UHGV virus genome: UHGV-0272165 | Strand: one strand, 5' to 3' | DNA length: 37,116 nucleotides | Source: a virus | Shown: in pieces, positions 23,484 through 31,890 of the stretch | Position numbering within the stretch: the first letter of the stretch is position 1 | Layout of the letters: every line of letters begins with the position of its first letter | Notes under the pieces: model-generated | The model's database searches: none | The model's input: only the letters and a program-made list of their open reading frames with translations | Told to the model about the DNA's origin: nothing | Translations under genes and position numbers: made by a program

Positions 23484-23494
23484 ATCAATCCTCG

Positions 23495-23695
23495 TTATGA
23501 CAGGTTGATTTTCACCCAACCCTTCCCACGCACATTTGCAACAAGCCCTTTCTTTCTCAGGTATTGCATACGGCGATCGATGGTTTCGATATACATTCCA
23601 TTGCTCCGCCATTTAAGCCAGATATCAAAAACAGGTGTTGGTCTTTCACTCAGCATTGAAAGAATGTTTTGATCTAATTTTTCGTACTTGCTCAC
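23495..23695 (-). CDS. Hypothetical small basic protein (66 aa)
   Basis: ORF only. Confidence 0.4.
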   Translation of the reverse strand: MSKYEKLDQNILSMLSERPTPVFDIWLKWRSNGMYIETIDRRMQYLRKKGLVANVRGKGWVKINLS

Positions 23696-24033
23696 AAATA
23701 CCCTCTCTCACTTAATCGCGCCCACGCTTCGTTAAACTCTTCTCGGGTTGCGCCGGATTTTCTTTCTTCAAACATCATGCATTCGCTGATGTCTCCCCAT
23801 GACTTTGGTCGCTTTTCAGCGAACAGATCATCCCATTCGAATACCCAGCGGCCTGATTTTCGGTAGTGGTAAATGGTCAGCCATGTTGTGCAGTTCGCTG
23901 GATACCCATAGAGAACTTCGACTTTTTGATCACGGTCTTTATGCTTTTTCAGCAGGATAAAGCCAGCAACCAGCGAAGCTCCGGCAAGAATGATGATTGG
24001 AATTTGCCAGTCAGCCACACTTCCCTCTCCCAC
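23692..24033 (-). CDS. Hypothetical membrane-anchored protein (113 aa)
   Basis: N-terminal hydrophobic helix (IPIIILAGASLVAGFILL) then a soluble domain. Confidence 0.45.
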   Translation of the reverse strand: MGEGSVADWQIPIIILAGASLVAGFILLKKHKDRDQKVEVLYGYPANCTTWLTIYHYRKSGRWVFEWDDLFAEKRPKSWGDISECMMFEERKSGATREEFNEAWARLSERGYL

Positions 24034-24090
24034 AAATAAAAAGGCCTGCGATTACCAGCAGGCCTGTTACAAGCTCAGTGATGTAGATGG

Positions 24091-24381
24091 TCATTGCCTT
24101 ACCTCCATAAGCGCCCTATTAATAAACGCCGTCATTGGATTTGCACATCCCCACCCCGTACCATCTGGATTTCTTTTAATTGGCTCCTTCTTCACTTTGC
24201 GCTTTGCATAAATAACCGTCTTCCACTTACGCTCAACAACACTCAAATGCCCTTGTTTCACCATATGCCTTGCTGCTTGAGCGATTCTGTTATTTGGTAT
24301 TCCGGTGATCAGAGCTAATTCATGTGGGGAGAATTGTTCATGAGTTTTCAGATATTCCAGGATGATTTCTTTTCCAGTCAC
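24091..24381 (-). CDS. Ren-like protein
   Basis: 96 aa; MTGKEIILEYLKTHEQFSPHELALITG... resembles remembered lambda Ren N-terminus; sits directly after the replication genes as in lambda. Confidence 0.65.
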   Translation of the reverse strand: MTGKEIILEYLKTHEQFSPHELALITGIPNNRIAQAARHMVKQGHLSVVERKWKTVIYAKRKVKKEPIKRNPDGTGWGCANPMTAFINRALMEVRQ

Positions 24382-25289
24382 GATCTGCTCCTGTAACTAT
24401 CCCATGTAAACGCAAGAGTGCACCCGCCGCCATCATTCATCCTGTCAATAACACGCTCACCAATGAATGCCGAAAGTTCATCTTTGCTCTGATTACTAAT
24501 CAGGATTGTTGGCTTCATGTATTCATATCTGGTGTTGATAATTTCGAACATGATTAGCTTTTCAGCATCACTGCCGAACTGCACGCCAACCTCATCGATT
24601 ATTAACAAGTCAGGATGCGTAAATTGCCTAATGACTTCTTCTTCAGTTCTGGTTGCGGCCTTAGACCATGTTGATTTGTACTCTCTGGCAATTTTCAACG
24701 CAGTGGTAAATATCACAGAGCTTTGATGCTCGATAATGGCGTGCCTAGCGATAGCCAGTGCAAGGTGGTTCTTTCCAGTTCCAGGCTTACCACACATGAC
24801 CAGTCCGCCACCTTTTTGAAGGCGTTCAGGCCACTTACTGGCATATGCCTGGCAAACCTTAAGAACTCGCTTTGCATCATCGTTAACAGGCTCATAATTC
24901 TGAAGAGTGCAATTTTTGAACCTCTCTGGAATATTGAGAGAATTCAACAAATATTCAATTTTTGATTGTCTTGCTCTTTGTTCTGCCTGCTCACGTTCAA
25001 TCTCTTTCTTACGAATTTTCTCCTCAAGGCACTGTGGGCACTCAGATTTACTTGAAGTAATTCTTTTTCCTGAGATGGTCAGATATTTCTCATAGGAAGT
25101 ATATTTACCGTGTTTCTCGCACTCTTCCACTGTGCTGGTTACTGACATTCCATCTGATGCTGATCCAATTTTGCTAAACTCAAGTTTCTGTTTCAGATCA
25201 GAAATGTCATTGATTTTTGAGTCTACAAGTTGCCTTTGCAGTGCCAGATTGTAACCATTTGTCGTATTCATATTCACTCCTGCGCCCAT
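24378..25289 (-). CDS. DnaC/IstB-like AAA+ helicase loader (replication protein)
   Basis: Walker A GKPGTGKNHLA and Walker B LLIIDEVG; Cys-rich N-terminal segment; downstream of the O-like gene. Confidence 0.85.
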   Translation of the reverse strand: MGAGVNMNTTNGYNLALQRQLVDSKINDISDLKQKLEFSKIGSASDGMSVTSTVEECEKHGKYTSYEKYLTISGKRITSSKSECPQCLEEKIRKKEIEREQAEQRARQSKIEYLLNSLNIPERFKNCTLQNYEPVNDDAKRVLKVCQAYASKWPERLQKGGGLVMCGKPGTGKNHLALAIARHAIIEHQSSVIFTTALKIAREYKSTWSKAATRTEEEVIRQFTHPDLLIIDEVGVQFGSDAEKLIMFEIINTRYEYMKPTILISNQSKDELSAFIGERVIDRMNDGGGCTLAFTWDSYRSRS

Positions 25290-26071
25290 GAAGGCATTTC
25301 AGTTTGCCCGTAATCTTTGGCGGCAAAGTTTTCCTGCATAGCTCGCTGCTGCGGCCTCGGTTGAGATTTCCCCTTTGGAGTCTTGGGTTCAAAAATCCCC
25401 TGCCAACCACTGGCGATGCTCTGGTTTATAATTTCTTCAGGTGTATATCCCTTCTCCAGACTTCTGCTTAGAACGTTGATAGCCTGAGTGACACTTTGCT
25501 TAGACTTGATCGACTTACCTATCTCCTTGCGATAGGTAACCCACGACAACCATGTTTCTGCCGATAACCAATCAGGCAACTCTGTTTCTAGCGGGTCGAA
25601 CTTCTGAGAATTTTTTTTGGGGGATATAGGGGGTTTATTAATATTTTCTTTTGTCTTTAAAGAATGTCTTTTGTGTGTCTCTAACTTCGAGACAAAGTTG
25701 CTAACTTGGAGACACTTGCTGAATTGCCACGCAGATACCTCCCTGTTTACACCGATTTGATTTCCATCCATAAACAGGCAATTCATTGAAATCAGTTCTT
25801 TTTTAGCCTTGTTAACATTCTGCCTTGATAGTCCTGTTAACTGAGCAATTTGCTCATCGGCTATTCGATCTGTTTTCTTATTGAATCCATATGTTTTCCG
25901 GACGTAGGCCAGCATAATTTTCAACTGGCGAGCGGTTAAATCGGCACTTGCGATAGCTTCCAGCAGCTCGTTAGCGAATCTGGTGTAACCATCATCGATA
26001 TCAGCCACTCTTAGCTCCTGTTCGGCAAAGTTACCTCTGCCGAAGTTGAGTATTTTTGCTGTATTTGTCAT
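25274..26071 (-). CDS. Replication initiator (lambda O-like organiser)
   Basis: 265 aa after cII; N-terminal helix-turn-helix-like region; contains an internal AT-rich tract and inverted repeats like an origin. Confidence 0.75.
   Translation of the reverse strand: MTNTAKILNFGRGNFAEQELRVADIDDGYTRFANELLEAIASADLTARQLKIMLAYVRKTYGFNKKTDRIADEQIAQLTGLSRQNVNKAKKELISMNCLFMDGNQIGVNREVSAWQFSKCLQVSNFVSKLETHKRHSLKTKENINKPPISPKKNSQKFDPLETELPDWLSAETWLSWVTYRKEIGKSIKSKQSVTQAINVLSRSLEKGYTPEEIINQSIASGWQGIFEPKTPKGKSQPRPQQRAMQENFAAKDYGQTEMPSWAQE
25610..25714. repeat. Putative replication origin inside the O-like gene: AT-rich tract plus iteron-like repeats
   Basis: AATTTTTTTTGGGGGATATAGGGGGTTTATTAATATTTTC followed by palindrome TGTCTCTAACTTCGAGACA (25676-25694) and related CTAACTTGGAGACA (25701-25714). 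Confidence 0.4.
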
Positions 26072-26105
26072 AATGACTCCTGTGGATTGATCCAGTCTTT
26101 CTACA

Positions 26106-26384
26106 TCAGGCCTCGAAGAATTCGCCGTTCTTCGGGGCTTTTTCTTTTGTCAGCATTCTGGCTACTTGCTTAGCCAGTTCCGCCAACTCCTCGTCTTCAA
26201 CACCCCATTCAAGAACAGCAAGAAGCATTCCCATTTTTGGGATGAAGCTGTCTTTCCATCGCGAAATTTGCGATTCATTAATCCCTAACGCGTCGGCAAC
26301 CTTTCGCTGACCACGTACAGCAATTCGATTCAGGATGTTGCTTGTAATTGCATTCGCTTTCTTGCGAGTACTTGTAAGTTGCAT
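26106..26384 (-). CDS. cII: CII-like transcriptional activator
   Basis: 92 aa; ...SQISRWK..FIPKMGMLLAVLEWGV.. matches the core of remembered lambda CII. Confidence 0.85.
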   Translation of the reverse strand: MQLTSTRKKANAITSNILNRIAVRGQRKVADALGINESQISRWKDSFIPKMGMLLAVLEWGVEDEELAELAKQVARMLTKEKAPKNGEFFEA

Positions 26385-26441
26385 ATGTAAGTATTTCCTT
26401 AACTAATAAGAAGTTATGCGCATCAACTTATGCGCGTTGTA

Positions 26442-26487
26442 TTCCCGCATTTCGGCGGGAATGAGGACCATGACTGTTAAAGAGCGG
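26442..26487 (-). promoter_or_regulatory. nutR-like site (boxA CGCTCTTTAACA, boxB hairpin UCCCGC-CGAAAU-GCGGGA)
   Basis: Directly downstream of cro on the minus strand; the same boxA/boxB pair recurs in reverse orientation at 28117-28158. Confidence 0.6.
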
Positions 26488-26492
26488 TGTTA

Positions 26493-26687
26493 CTATTTGT
26501 TTTTCTTGTTGCTTGGGAAAGGACGAACTTCCTCTCCAATCACACTGCCATCAGGCTTTACCGTAACCATGATGTTACGGCCTGCCAGAATGGCCTTGCT
26601 GATAGCGCACTGGATTACACCAAAGTCACTGGCTGCTTTAGCCTGTCCATGGATTTTGGCGTAATCGGCAAGTGTCATTCGAATCAT
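26493..26687 (-). CDS. cro: Cro repressor
   Basis: ...[57 protein letters not shown] resembles lambda Cro; start set to the ATG 6 nt after GGAGA. Confidence 0.85.
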   Translation of the reverse strand: MIRMTLADYAKIHGQAKAASDFGVIQCAISKAILAGRNIMVTVKPDGSVIGEEVRPFPSNKKNK

Positions 26688-26718
26688 ATGCACTCTCCGT
26701 TATTAACCATGAACAAAG

Positions 26719-26758
26719 AATACTACAGGTATTCAAAGCAATCAATACTCAGGGTATT
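26719..26758. promoter_or_regulatory. OR-like operators (two AATAC-N5-GTATT palindromes) with divergent promoters
   Basis: AATACTACAGGTATT (26719-26733) and AATACTCAGGGTATT (26744-26758) between cro and cI; TAGAAT -10-like hexamer ~7 nt before the cI ATG suggests a near-leaderless cI transcript. Confidence 0.5.
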
Positions 26759-26793
26759 TTTAGTTTAAGTACCTTAGCTATTAGAATTAAGCT

Positions 26794-27510
26794 ATGGAAA
26801 ATAAAAAATCACTGACGACAGAACAGCTGGAAGACGCTAAGCGGCTTAAGGCTTTGTATGAGTCAAAAAAGAAAGAATTGGGAATAACCCAATACTCAAT
26901 CGCTGATGAACTGGGTATCACCCAAGGAGCGGTAGGGCATTATCTTAATGGCAGAAATGCGCTAAACGTTGAGGTTGCATCTGGTTTTGCACGATTGTTG
27001 CAAGTCTCAATTGCTGATTTTAGCCAGTCAATTGCTGCCAAGGTTGCAGAACAGGCAGAAAGCCTTAAGAGCGATGCCAACGTAAGGTATGCAGGGGAAT
27101 ACAGAGCAGGAAAGAGGTATCCGGTGTTAAGCAGTATCCAGGCTGGCTCGTGGTGTGAAGCATGCGAACCATACACCATTAAAGACATAGATGTTTGGCT
27201 TGAGTCTGACGCGCATATTCAAGGTAATGCGTTCTGGCTTAAAGTGGAAGGTGATTCAATGACGGCACCGGTTGGATTAAGCATTCCAGAGGGAACATTC
27301 GTTCTTTTCGATACCGGAAGGGAGGCGATCAACGGCAGCTTGGTCATAGCAAAACTTTCTGACTCTAACGAAGCAACATTCAAGAAGCTGATAATCGACG
27401 GCGGAAATAAATACCTCAAGGGACTTAATCCTGCATGGCCTCTCGTGCCAATCAATGGAAACTGCAAGATTATAGGCGTTGCAATTGAGACAAAACTCAG
27501 ACTGGTTTGA
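26794..27510 (+). CDS. cI: CI-type repressor (HTH plus LexA-like S24 peptidase domain)
   Basis: HTH (QYSIADELGITQGAVGHYLNG) and S24 motifs (VEGDSMTAP, FKKL); divergent from cro across the operators. Confidence 0.9.
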   Translation: MENKKSLTTEQLEDAKRLKALYESKKKELGITQYSIADELGITQGAVGHYLNGRNALNVEVASGFARLLQVSIADFSQSIAAKVAEQAESLKSDANVRYAGEYRAGKRYPVLSSIQAGSWCEACEPYTIKDIDVWLESDAHIQGNAFWLKVEGDSMTAPVGLSIPEGTFVLFDTGREAINGSLVIAKLSDSNEATFKKLIIDGGNKYLKGLNPAWPLVPINGNCKIIGVAIETKLRLV

Positions 27511-27527
27511 TCACGCAAGGGGCGAAT

Positions 27528-27896
27528 ATGGTTGGAACCGCTATAGCAAGCTTTTTAGGGATGTTGGCAATATCGACAATTTACTGCTTAGCGCATGCTT
27601 TTATTGCGAAATCTCTATCAGAAAAAATAAGCCAGGCTTGGGCGCATAGATCAGCTCGTTTCATGATTCTGGTGATCATGGCAATACAAGGGATATCTAC
27701 ATTTTTCCTCTATGGATCAAGCTTATACCTATTGTATCAAGGCGCGACATTTACGCCTTACACCAGTGATTACGGAACTCTATACGATGGTAGTGAAGAC
27801 ATCTCTATGGCTTGGATTGTCTTTGGTTTATCTATGGCCGTGTCTGTTGTAGCAGACATCATTAAGGTAATTCTCGTCTTAACCTTCGCTGACTAA
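27528..27896 (+). CDS. Small integral membrane protein (about 3 TM helices) downstream of cI
   Basis: ATG at 27528 with AAGGGG SD, 18 bp after the cI stop, same strand; three hydrophobic segments; clearly lower GC than cI. Confidence 0.6.
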   Translation: MVGTAIASFLGMLAISTIYCLAHAFIAKSLSEKISQAWAHRSARFMILVIMAIQGISTFFLYGSSLYLLYQGATFTPYTSDYGTLYDGSEDISMAWIVFGLSMAVSVVADIIKVILVLTFAD

Positions 27897-27983
27897 CCCA
27901 TAATCCCGGCAGCAATAGCTATCGGGATCCACTTCACATATCCCGCATAAAAAGCACTGAACAAGCAGACACCGAAAAAAATA

Positions 27984-28069
27984 AATATCCTTTGTATTCA
28001 TTTGCTTATCATTATTTCACCAAAAATAAATACCTTGGGTATTTACACAATAAAATACCTACAGTATTC
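27984..28069. promoter_or_regulatory. OL-like operators (AATAC-N5-GTATT palindromes), probable pL region
   Basis: AATACCTTGGGTATT (28030-28044) and AATACCTACAGTATT (28055-28069) share the OR half-sites; weaker third copy AATATCCTTTGTATT (27984-27998). Confidence 0.5.
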
Positions 28070-28116
28070 TTTAGCCATCAGCAGGACGCTGGTAGCCAAA
28101 CGGAACAGATTGGCAG

Positions 28117-28158
28117 GCTCTTTAACATTGATGGGATTGTCCCGCCGAAATGCGGGAA
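28117..28158 (+). promoter_or_regulatory. nutL-like site (boxA GGCTCTTTAACA plus boxB hairpin identical to nutR)
   Basis: Same boxA/boxB as at 26442-26487, reverse complemented, upstream of N. Confidence 0.6.
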
Positions 28159-28515
28159 CTGAGTTTAACCAAACAGGAGGTGCCGTAATGGTGCACTAAC
28201 GCGGTTAGACCGCAGCCGAAAGGCAATGCAGCAGTAATGATGCTGCCCCGAGTCGCGTAATGGCGAGCAGGTTTAGCAGACCGATGTGAGGGTAAATAAG
28301 GGAACATGCTCCGGAAAGGCAGCGCGAATGCCAGACGCGCACCGGTTATCAGCGGCTAATAAGCGACAGAGACTCAAGGGCATGAGCGCGCTCACTGCGA
28401 GAGTGTGAGTCAAAGAGTAGTTGGCTTTGGGGTGACGTGAAGTGCAGCTGCACGACGGCAACCGAAAGATAAGCACCCGGCGCGTCACCGCCAAAGTCAA
28501 TCATCGGAGGTCAAC

Positions 28516-28788
28516 ATGACAGTAGTCATTACATATCTGGCTGACGATAACGCCAGAAATCGCCGCAGAGCACGCAGACAGGCTCAACGTGAACAGGCAA
28601 TGCAAGAACAGCGACTGGCGCGAAAAATTTCGCTAAAGCTCTCTGGTTGCGTCAGAGCAGACAAAGCAGCATCACTCGGAAGCCTTCGCTGCAAGAAGGC
28701 AGATGAATGCAGTGGAAGTATTTGCCTGCCAAACGTAGCTATTTACGCGGCAGGCTACCGGAAATCAAAACAACTGACGGCGAGGTAA
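28516..28788 (+). CDS. N-type antiterminator (P22 gene 24-like)
   Basis: Arg-rich N-terminus (NARNRRRARRQAQREQ) and C-terminal LPNVAIYAAGYRKSKQLTAR matching remembered P22 gp24; follows nutL. Confidence 0.85.
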   Translation: MTVVITYLADDNARNRRRARRQAQREQAMQEQRLARKISLKLSGCVRADKAASLGSLRCKKADECSGSICLPNVAIYAAGYRKSKQLTAR

Positions 28789-28790
28789 TT

Positions 28791-29153
28791 ATGGGTCAGG
28801 AAGAAAAATATGAGCTTAAAAAGCTCATTGAAGAAGACGCCATAGAAGAAATTGCAGCATTAACAACAGCTATAAAGAATATTAGGTATGCGCTAAATAC
28901 GCTTATCTCCTCATGCGACAAAAATAGCAGGGAATTTTTGATACTTGGCGCAGCTCTAGGAATAGTTGATGCGGCAACGCTTCACCTAATTACTCATGAC
29001 GATATTCTTATTGAGCCGTATGAAACATTACTGCTTGTCAGGCAAAAAATGGCTGATGCCGCAGCAAATGGAGACCTTCAACTTTACATCGACTTAAGGA
29101 AAGTATTAAGGCGAATGGTCAGAACTGAAGGAGATATCCCCCTGACAAAATAA
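28791..29153 (+). CDS. Hypothetical soluble protein (120 aa) immediately after N
   Basis: Start at internal Met with GAGG SD 3 nt after the N stop; low GC; helical and acidic; no recognised motif. Confidence 0.5.
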   Translation: MGQEEKYELKKLIEEDAIEEIAALTTAIKNIRYALNTLISSCDKNSREFLILGAALGIVDAATLHLITHDDILIEPYETLLLVRQKMADAAANGDLQLYIDLRKVLRRMVRTEGDIPLTK

Positions 29154-29333
29154 GGGGGCGAGAGGATTTTACTATTTTTCTCGCTGTAGGGGTACACGAG
29201 AACCACCGAGCCTGATGTGGTTAAAAGATAGGCACAATCTTTACTACCGCAAGCCACGCAGTGAAATGGGTGTGGCTTGTGTTGGTCGCCAGAAAATGAA
29301 ATTAGGCAGCAAACCACTTATTTGAGGTGAGAT

Positions 29334-29420
29334 ATGGAAGAAGAATTTGAAGAGTTCGAAGAGCATCCGCAGGATGTGATGGAGCAATACCAGGACTATC
29401 CTTATGACTACGACTATTGA
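29334..29420 (+). CDS. Possible 28-aa highly acidic micro-protein
   Basis: GAGGTGA SD then ATG; MEEEFEEFEEHPQDVMEQYQDYPYDYDY; overlaps the start of the next ORF. Confidence 0.3.
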   Translation: MEEEFEEFEEHPQDVMEQYQDYPYDYDY

Positions 29421-29604
29421 TAAAAATCAATGGTGTGGACAATTCAAGCGATGCAATGGATGCAAACTGCAATCGGAATGCATGGTTAAGCCTGAAGAAA
29501 TGCTTCCTGTAATGGAGGATGGGAAGTATGTCGATAAATGGGCAATACGAACTACGGCAATGATTGCCAGAGAACTTGGTAAACAGAATAACAAGGCTGC
29601 CTGA
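29404..29604 (+). CDS. Small four-Cys zinc-ribbon-like protein (66 aa)
   Basis: Cys pattern C-x5-C-x2-C-x5-C near the N-terminus. Confidence 0.45.
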   Translation: MTTTIDKNQWCGQFKRCNGCKLQSECMVKPEEMLPVMEDGKYVDKWAIRTTAMIARELGKQNNKAA

Positions 29605-29740
29605 TGGTGGCCTTTATTTTTGGCATAAATAACAGAATAAACACTGCACTGTGTATTCATTCCAACGAGTGAATACACGGAGCAATGTCGCTCGTAACTA
29701 AACAGGAGCCGACTTGTTCTGATTATTGGAAATCTTCTTT

Positions 29741-29768
29741 GCCCTCCAGTGTGAGGGCCTTTTTATAT
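29741..29768 (+). terminator. Intrinsic terminator-like hairpin in the early-left operon
   Basis: GCCCTC-CAGTGTG-AGGGC followed by CTTTTTAT. Confidence 0.45.
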
Positions 29769-29830
29769 GCATACCAATAACGCTTCACTCGAGGCGTTTT
29801 CGTTATGCAATCAAATATAAGGAGTTACCC

Positions 29831-29965
29831 ATGATGCACTTTCAGCTCGCGGGTAGCGGCGTCATGTCCGCTTTCTACCCGCACGAATCTGAATTATCAC
29901 GCCGAGTTAAACAATTAATCAGAGCAGCAAAGAAACAACTGGAGGCGTTATGCGCAATGAAATAG
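29831..29965 (+). CDS. Hypothetical small protein (44 aa)
   Basis: ATG with AAGGAG SD; the longer ORF-track start lies inside the terminator hairpin. Confidence 0.35.
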   Translation: MMHFQLAGSGVMSAFYPHESELSRRVKQLIRAAKKQLEALCAMK

Positions 29966-30102
29966 CCATTAATCACCAGATGCTTCGTGCTGCACAAAAC
30001 AAAGCAGTAATAGCCCGATTTATTGGTGATTCCAAAATGTGGCTTGAAGCAAATAAAGCGATGAAATCAGCTATCAACCTTCCGTGGTATCGCAGGAAAT
30101 GA
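29950..30102 (+). CDS. Hypothetical small protein (50 aa)
   Basis: GGAGG SD then ATG; hand-translated; below the 60-aa track cutoff. Confidence 0.3.
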   Translation: MRNEIAINHQMLRAAQNKAVIARFIGDSKMWLEANKAMKSAINLPWYRRK

Positions 30103-30177
30103 GTTTTACAGATAACTGGTCAGACGAAGAATTCATTCGTCAGATGAAAGAATTAATCGGTAACGAAGGAGATATTC

Positions 30178-30348
30178 ATGTCACTTGCAACCACAGTGAA
30201 GGAGAGCAAGTTACAGAGACGCATGTACACGCAGCAGGCGTTAATGTATCGCCAGAAGGGAGATCGTGAAGGTGTTCGCGTATTTTTAAATGCGGCAAAG
30301 ACTGAAGTATTAAATCAGCGTTATTTCCTTGGGCCATGTCCATTCTGA
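30178..30348 (+). CDS. Hypothetical small protein (56 aa)
   Basis: Strong SD (AAGGAG, 7-nt spacer); alternative to the out-of-frame ORF 30084..30269. Confidence 0.4.
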   Translation: MSLATTVKESKLQRRMYTQQALMYRQKGDREGVRVFLNAAKTEVLNQRYFLGPCPF

Positions 30349-30356
30349 GGTGAATT

Positions 30357-31064
30357 ATGGATTTGAATAAATTCGATGAGCCATTCAGCCCTGAAGATAT
30401 CGAATGGCGAATACAGCAAAGCGGTAAAACACGCGATGGAAAGGTGTGGGCTATGGTGCTGGCTTATGTCACGAACAGGGCAATCATGAAACGCCTGGAC
30501 GATGTTTGCGGCAAAGCAGGATGGCGCAATGAATACCGCGATATTCCCAACAACGGAGGCGTTGAATGCGGCATATCAATCAGGATTGATTCCGAATGGG
30601 TAACCAAATGGGATGCTGCTGAAAACACGCAGGTAGAAGCCGTCAAAGGTGGTCGTTCAGGTGCAATGAAGCGTGCTGCCGTTCAGTGGGGAATCGGTCG
30701 GTATCTGTATAACCTTGAGGAAGGTTTCGCACAAACATCTCTCGATAAAAAGCAGGGGTGGCACAGGGCAAAACTGAAGGATGGAACAGGATTTTACTGG
30801 CTCCCTCCATCGCTGCCGGGATGGGCAATCCCAGCATCAGATAACAAACCATCACCAGAAAATACCAACCAGAAATCTCCATCGGTTGACTGCGAACAAA
30901 TCCTGAAAGACTTCAGCGATTATGCGTCAACAGAAACTGACAAGAAAAAACTCATCGAGCGTTATCAGCGTGACTGGCAATTAATGGCTGGCAACGAGGA
31001 GGCGCAGGCTAAATGCGTTCAGGTAATGAACATCAGAGTTAACGAACTAAAACAGGCGGCATAA
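30357..31064 (+). CDS. Single-strand annealing recombinase (Rad52/Erf-like)
   Basis: Core ...AMKRAAVQWGIGRYLYNL... and C-terminal ...ETDKKKLIERYQRDW...CVQVMNIRVNELKQ reminiscent of P22 Erf; immediately upstream of SSB. Confidence 0.75.
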   Translation: MDLNKFDEPFSPEDIEWRIQQSGKTRDGKVWAMVLAYVTNRAIMKRLDDVCGKAGWRNEYRDIPNNGGVECGISIRIDSEWVTKWDAAENTQVEAVKGGRSGAMKRAAVQWGIGRYLYNLEEGFAQTSLDKKQGWHRAKLKDGTGFYWLPPSLPGWAIPASDNKPSPENTNQKSPSVDCEQILKDFSDYASTETDKKKLIERYQRDWQLMAGNEEAQAKCVQVMNIRVNELKQAA

Positions 31065-31580
31065 ATGGCAAGCAGAGGCGTAAATAAGGTGATCATTATT
31101 GGTCGCCTTGGGCATGATCCAGAAATCAGATATTCACCATCAGGAACGGCATTTGCAAACCTTACAGTTGCTACGTCAGAACAATGGCGTGATAAGCAAA
31201 CTGGAGAGCAAAAGGAGCAGACGGAGTGGCACCGTGTGGTAATGAGCGGGAAACTAGCAGAAATTGCCAGCGAGTATCTGCGAAAAGGCTCTGAGGTTTA
31301 TCTTGAAGGCAAATTGCGGACAAGAAAATGGCAGGATCAAAGCGGACAGGATCGGTTCACTACCGAAGTTATCGTAGGCGTTGGTGGAACCATGCAAATG
31401 CTTGGTGGCAAGCAAGGAGGCAATGAACAGTCTTCACCTCAGCGAAATAACGGTCAGCAACAAAGACAGCAACCTCAGCAGCAGGGAAATCACAGCGAAC
31501 CACCTATGGAGTTTGACGACGATATACCATTTGCGCCAGTAACTCTCCCCTTCCCTCGTCACGCTATTCACGCAATTTAA
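31065..31580 (+). CDS. ssb: Single-stranded DNA-binding protein
   Basis: [23 protein letters not shown]...[52 protein letters not shown]... close to E. coli SSB; acidic C-terminal tail DDDIPF. Confidence 0.9.
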   Translation: MASRGVNKVIIIGRLGHDPEIRYSPSGTAFANLTVATSEQWRDKQTGEQKEQTEWHRVVMSGKLAEIASEYLRKGSEVYLEGKLRTRKWQDQSGQDRFTTEVIVGVGGTMQMLGGKQGGNEQSSPQRNNGQQQRQQPQQQGNHSEPPMEFDDDIPFAPVTLPFPRHAIHAI

Positions 31581-31593
31581 TCAGGAGAAAATC

Positions 31594-31890
31594 ATGCCAG
31601 CGCCTCTGTATGGTGCGGACGACGCGCGCCGCTGTTCCGGCAATTCCGTATCGGAGGTGCTGGATAAATTCAGAAAAAACTACGACCTGATAATGTCGCT
31701 ACCGCAGGAAACGAAAGAGGAAAAGGAATTTCGCCATTGTATATGGCTTGCAGAGAAAGAAGAACGCGAGCGAATTTACCAGACATCAATCCGACCATTC
31801 CGCAAAGCCACATATACCCACTTCCCTGAATATATCGATCCGCGCCTGCGTAATTACCGCTCACGCTATGGCGCTATCAGTAATGACTGA
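31594..31890 (+). CDS. Hypothetical protein (98 aa)
   Basis: ORF with SD (AGGAGAAAA) directly after ssb. Confidence 0.5.
   Translation: MPAPLYGADDARRCSGNSVSEVLDKFRKNYDLIMSLPQETKEEKEFRHCIWLAEKEERERIYQTSIRPFRKATYTHFPEYIDPRLRNYRSRYGAISND

Noticed and set aside
28002-28199. 65-aa plus-strand ORF overlapping the OL operators and nutL
   Set aside because: It spans operator palindromes and the nut hairpin and has no SD; the region is better explained as regulatory DNA.
29726-29830. N-terminal extension of ORF 29726..29965
   Set aside because: The first 35 codons translate the terminator hairpin and T-tract; the in-frame ATG at 29831 with an AAGGAG SD is the more plausible start.
30084-30269. 61-aa ORF 30084..30269
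   Set aside because: It overlaps out of frame a 56-aa ORF (30178..30348) with a much better SD; at most one is likely real, and I favoured the latter without certainty.
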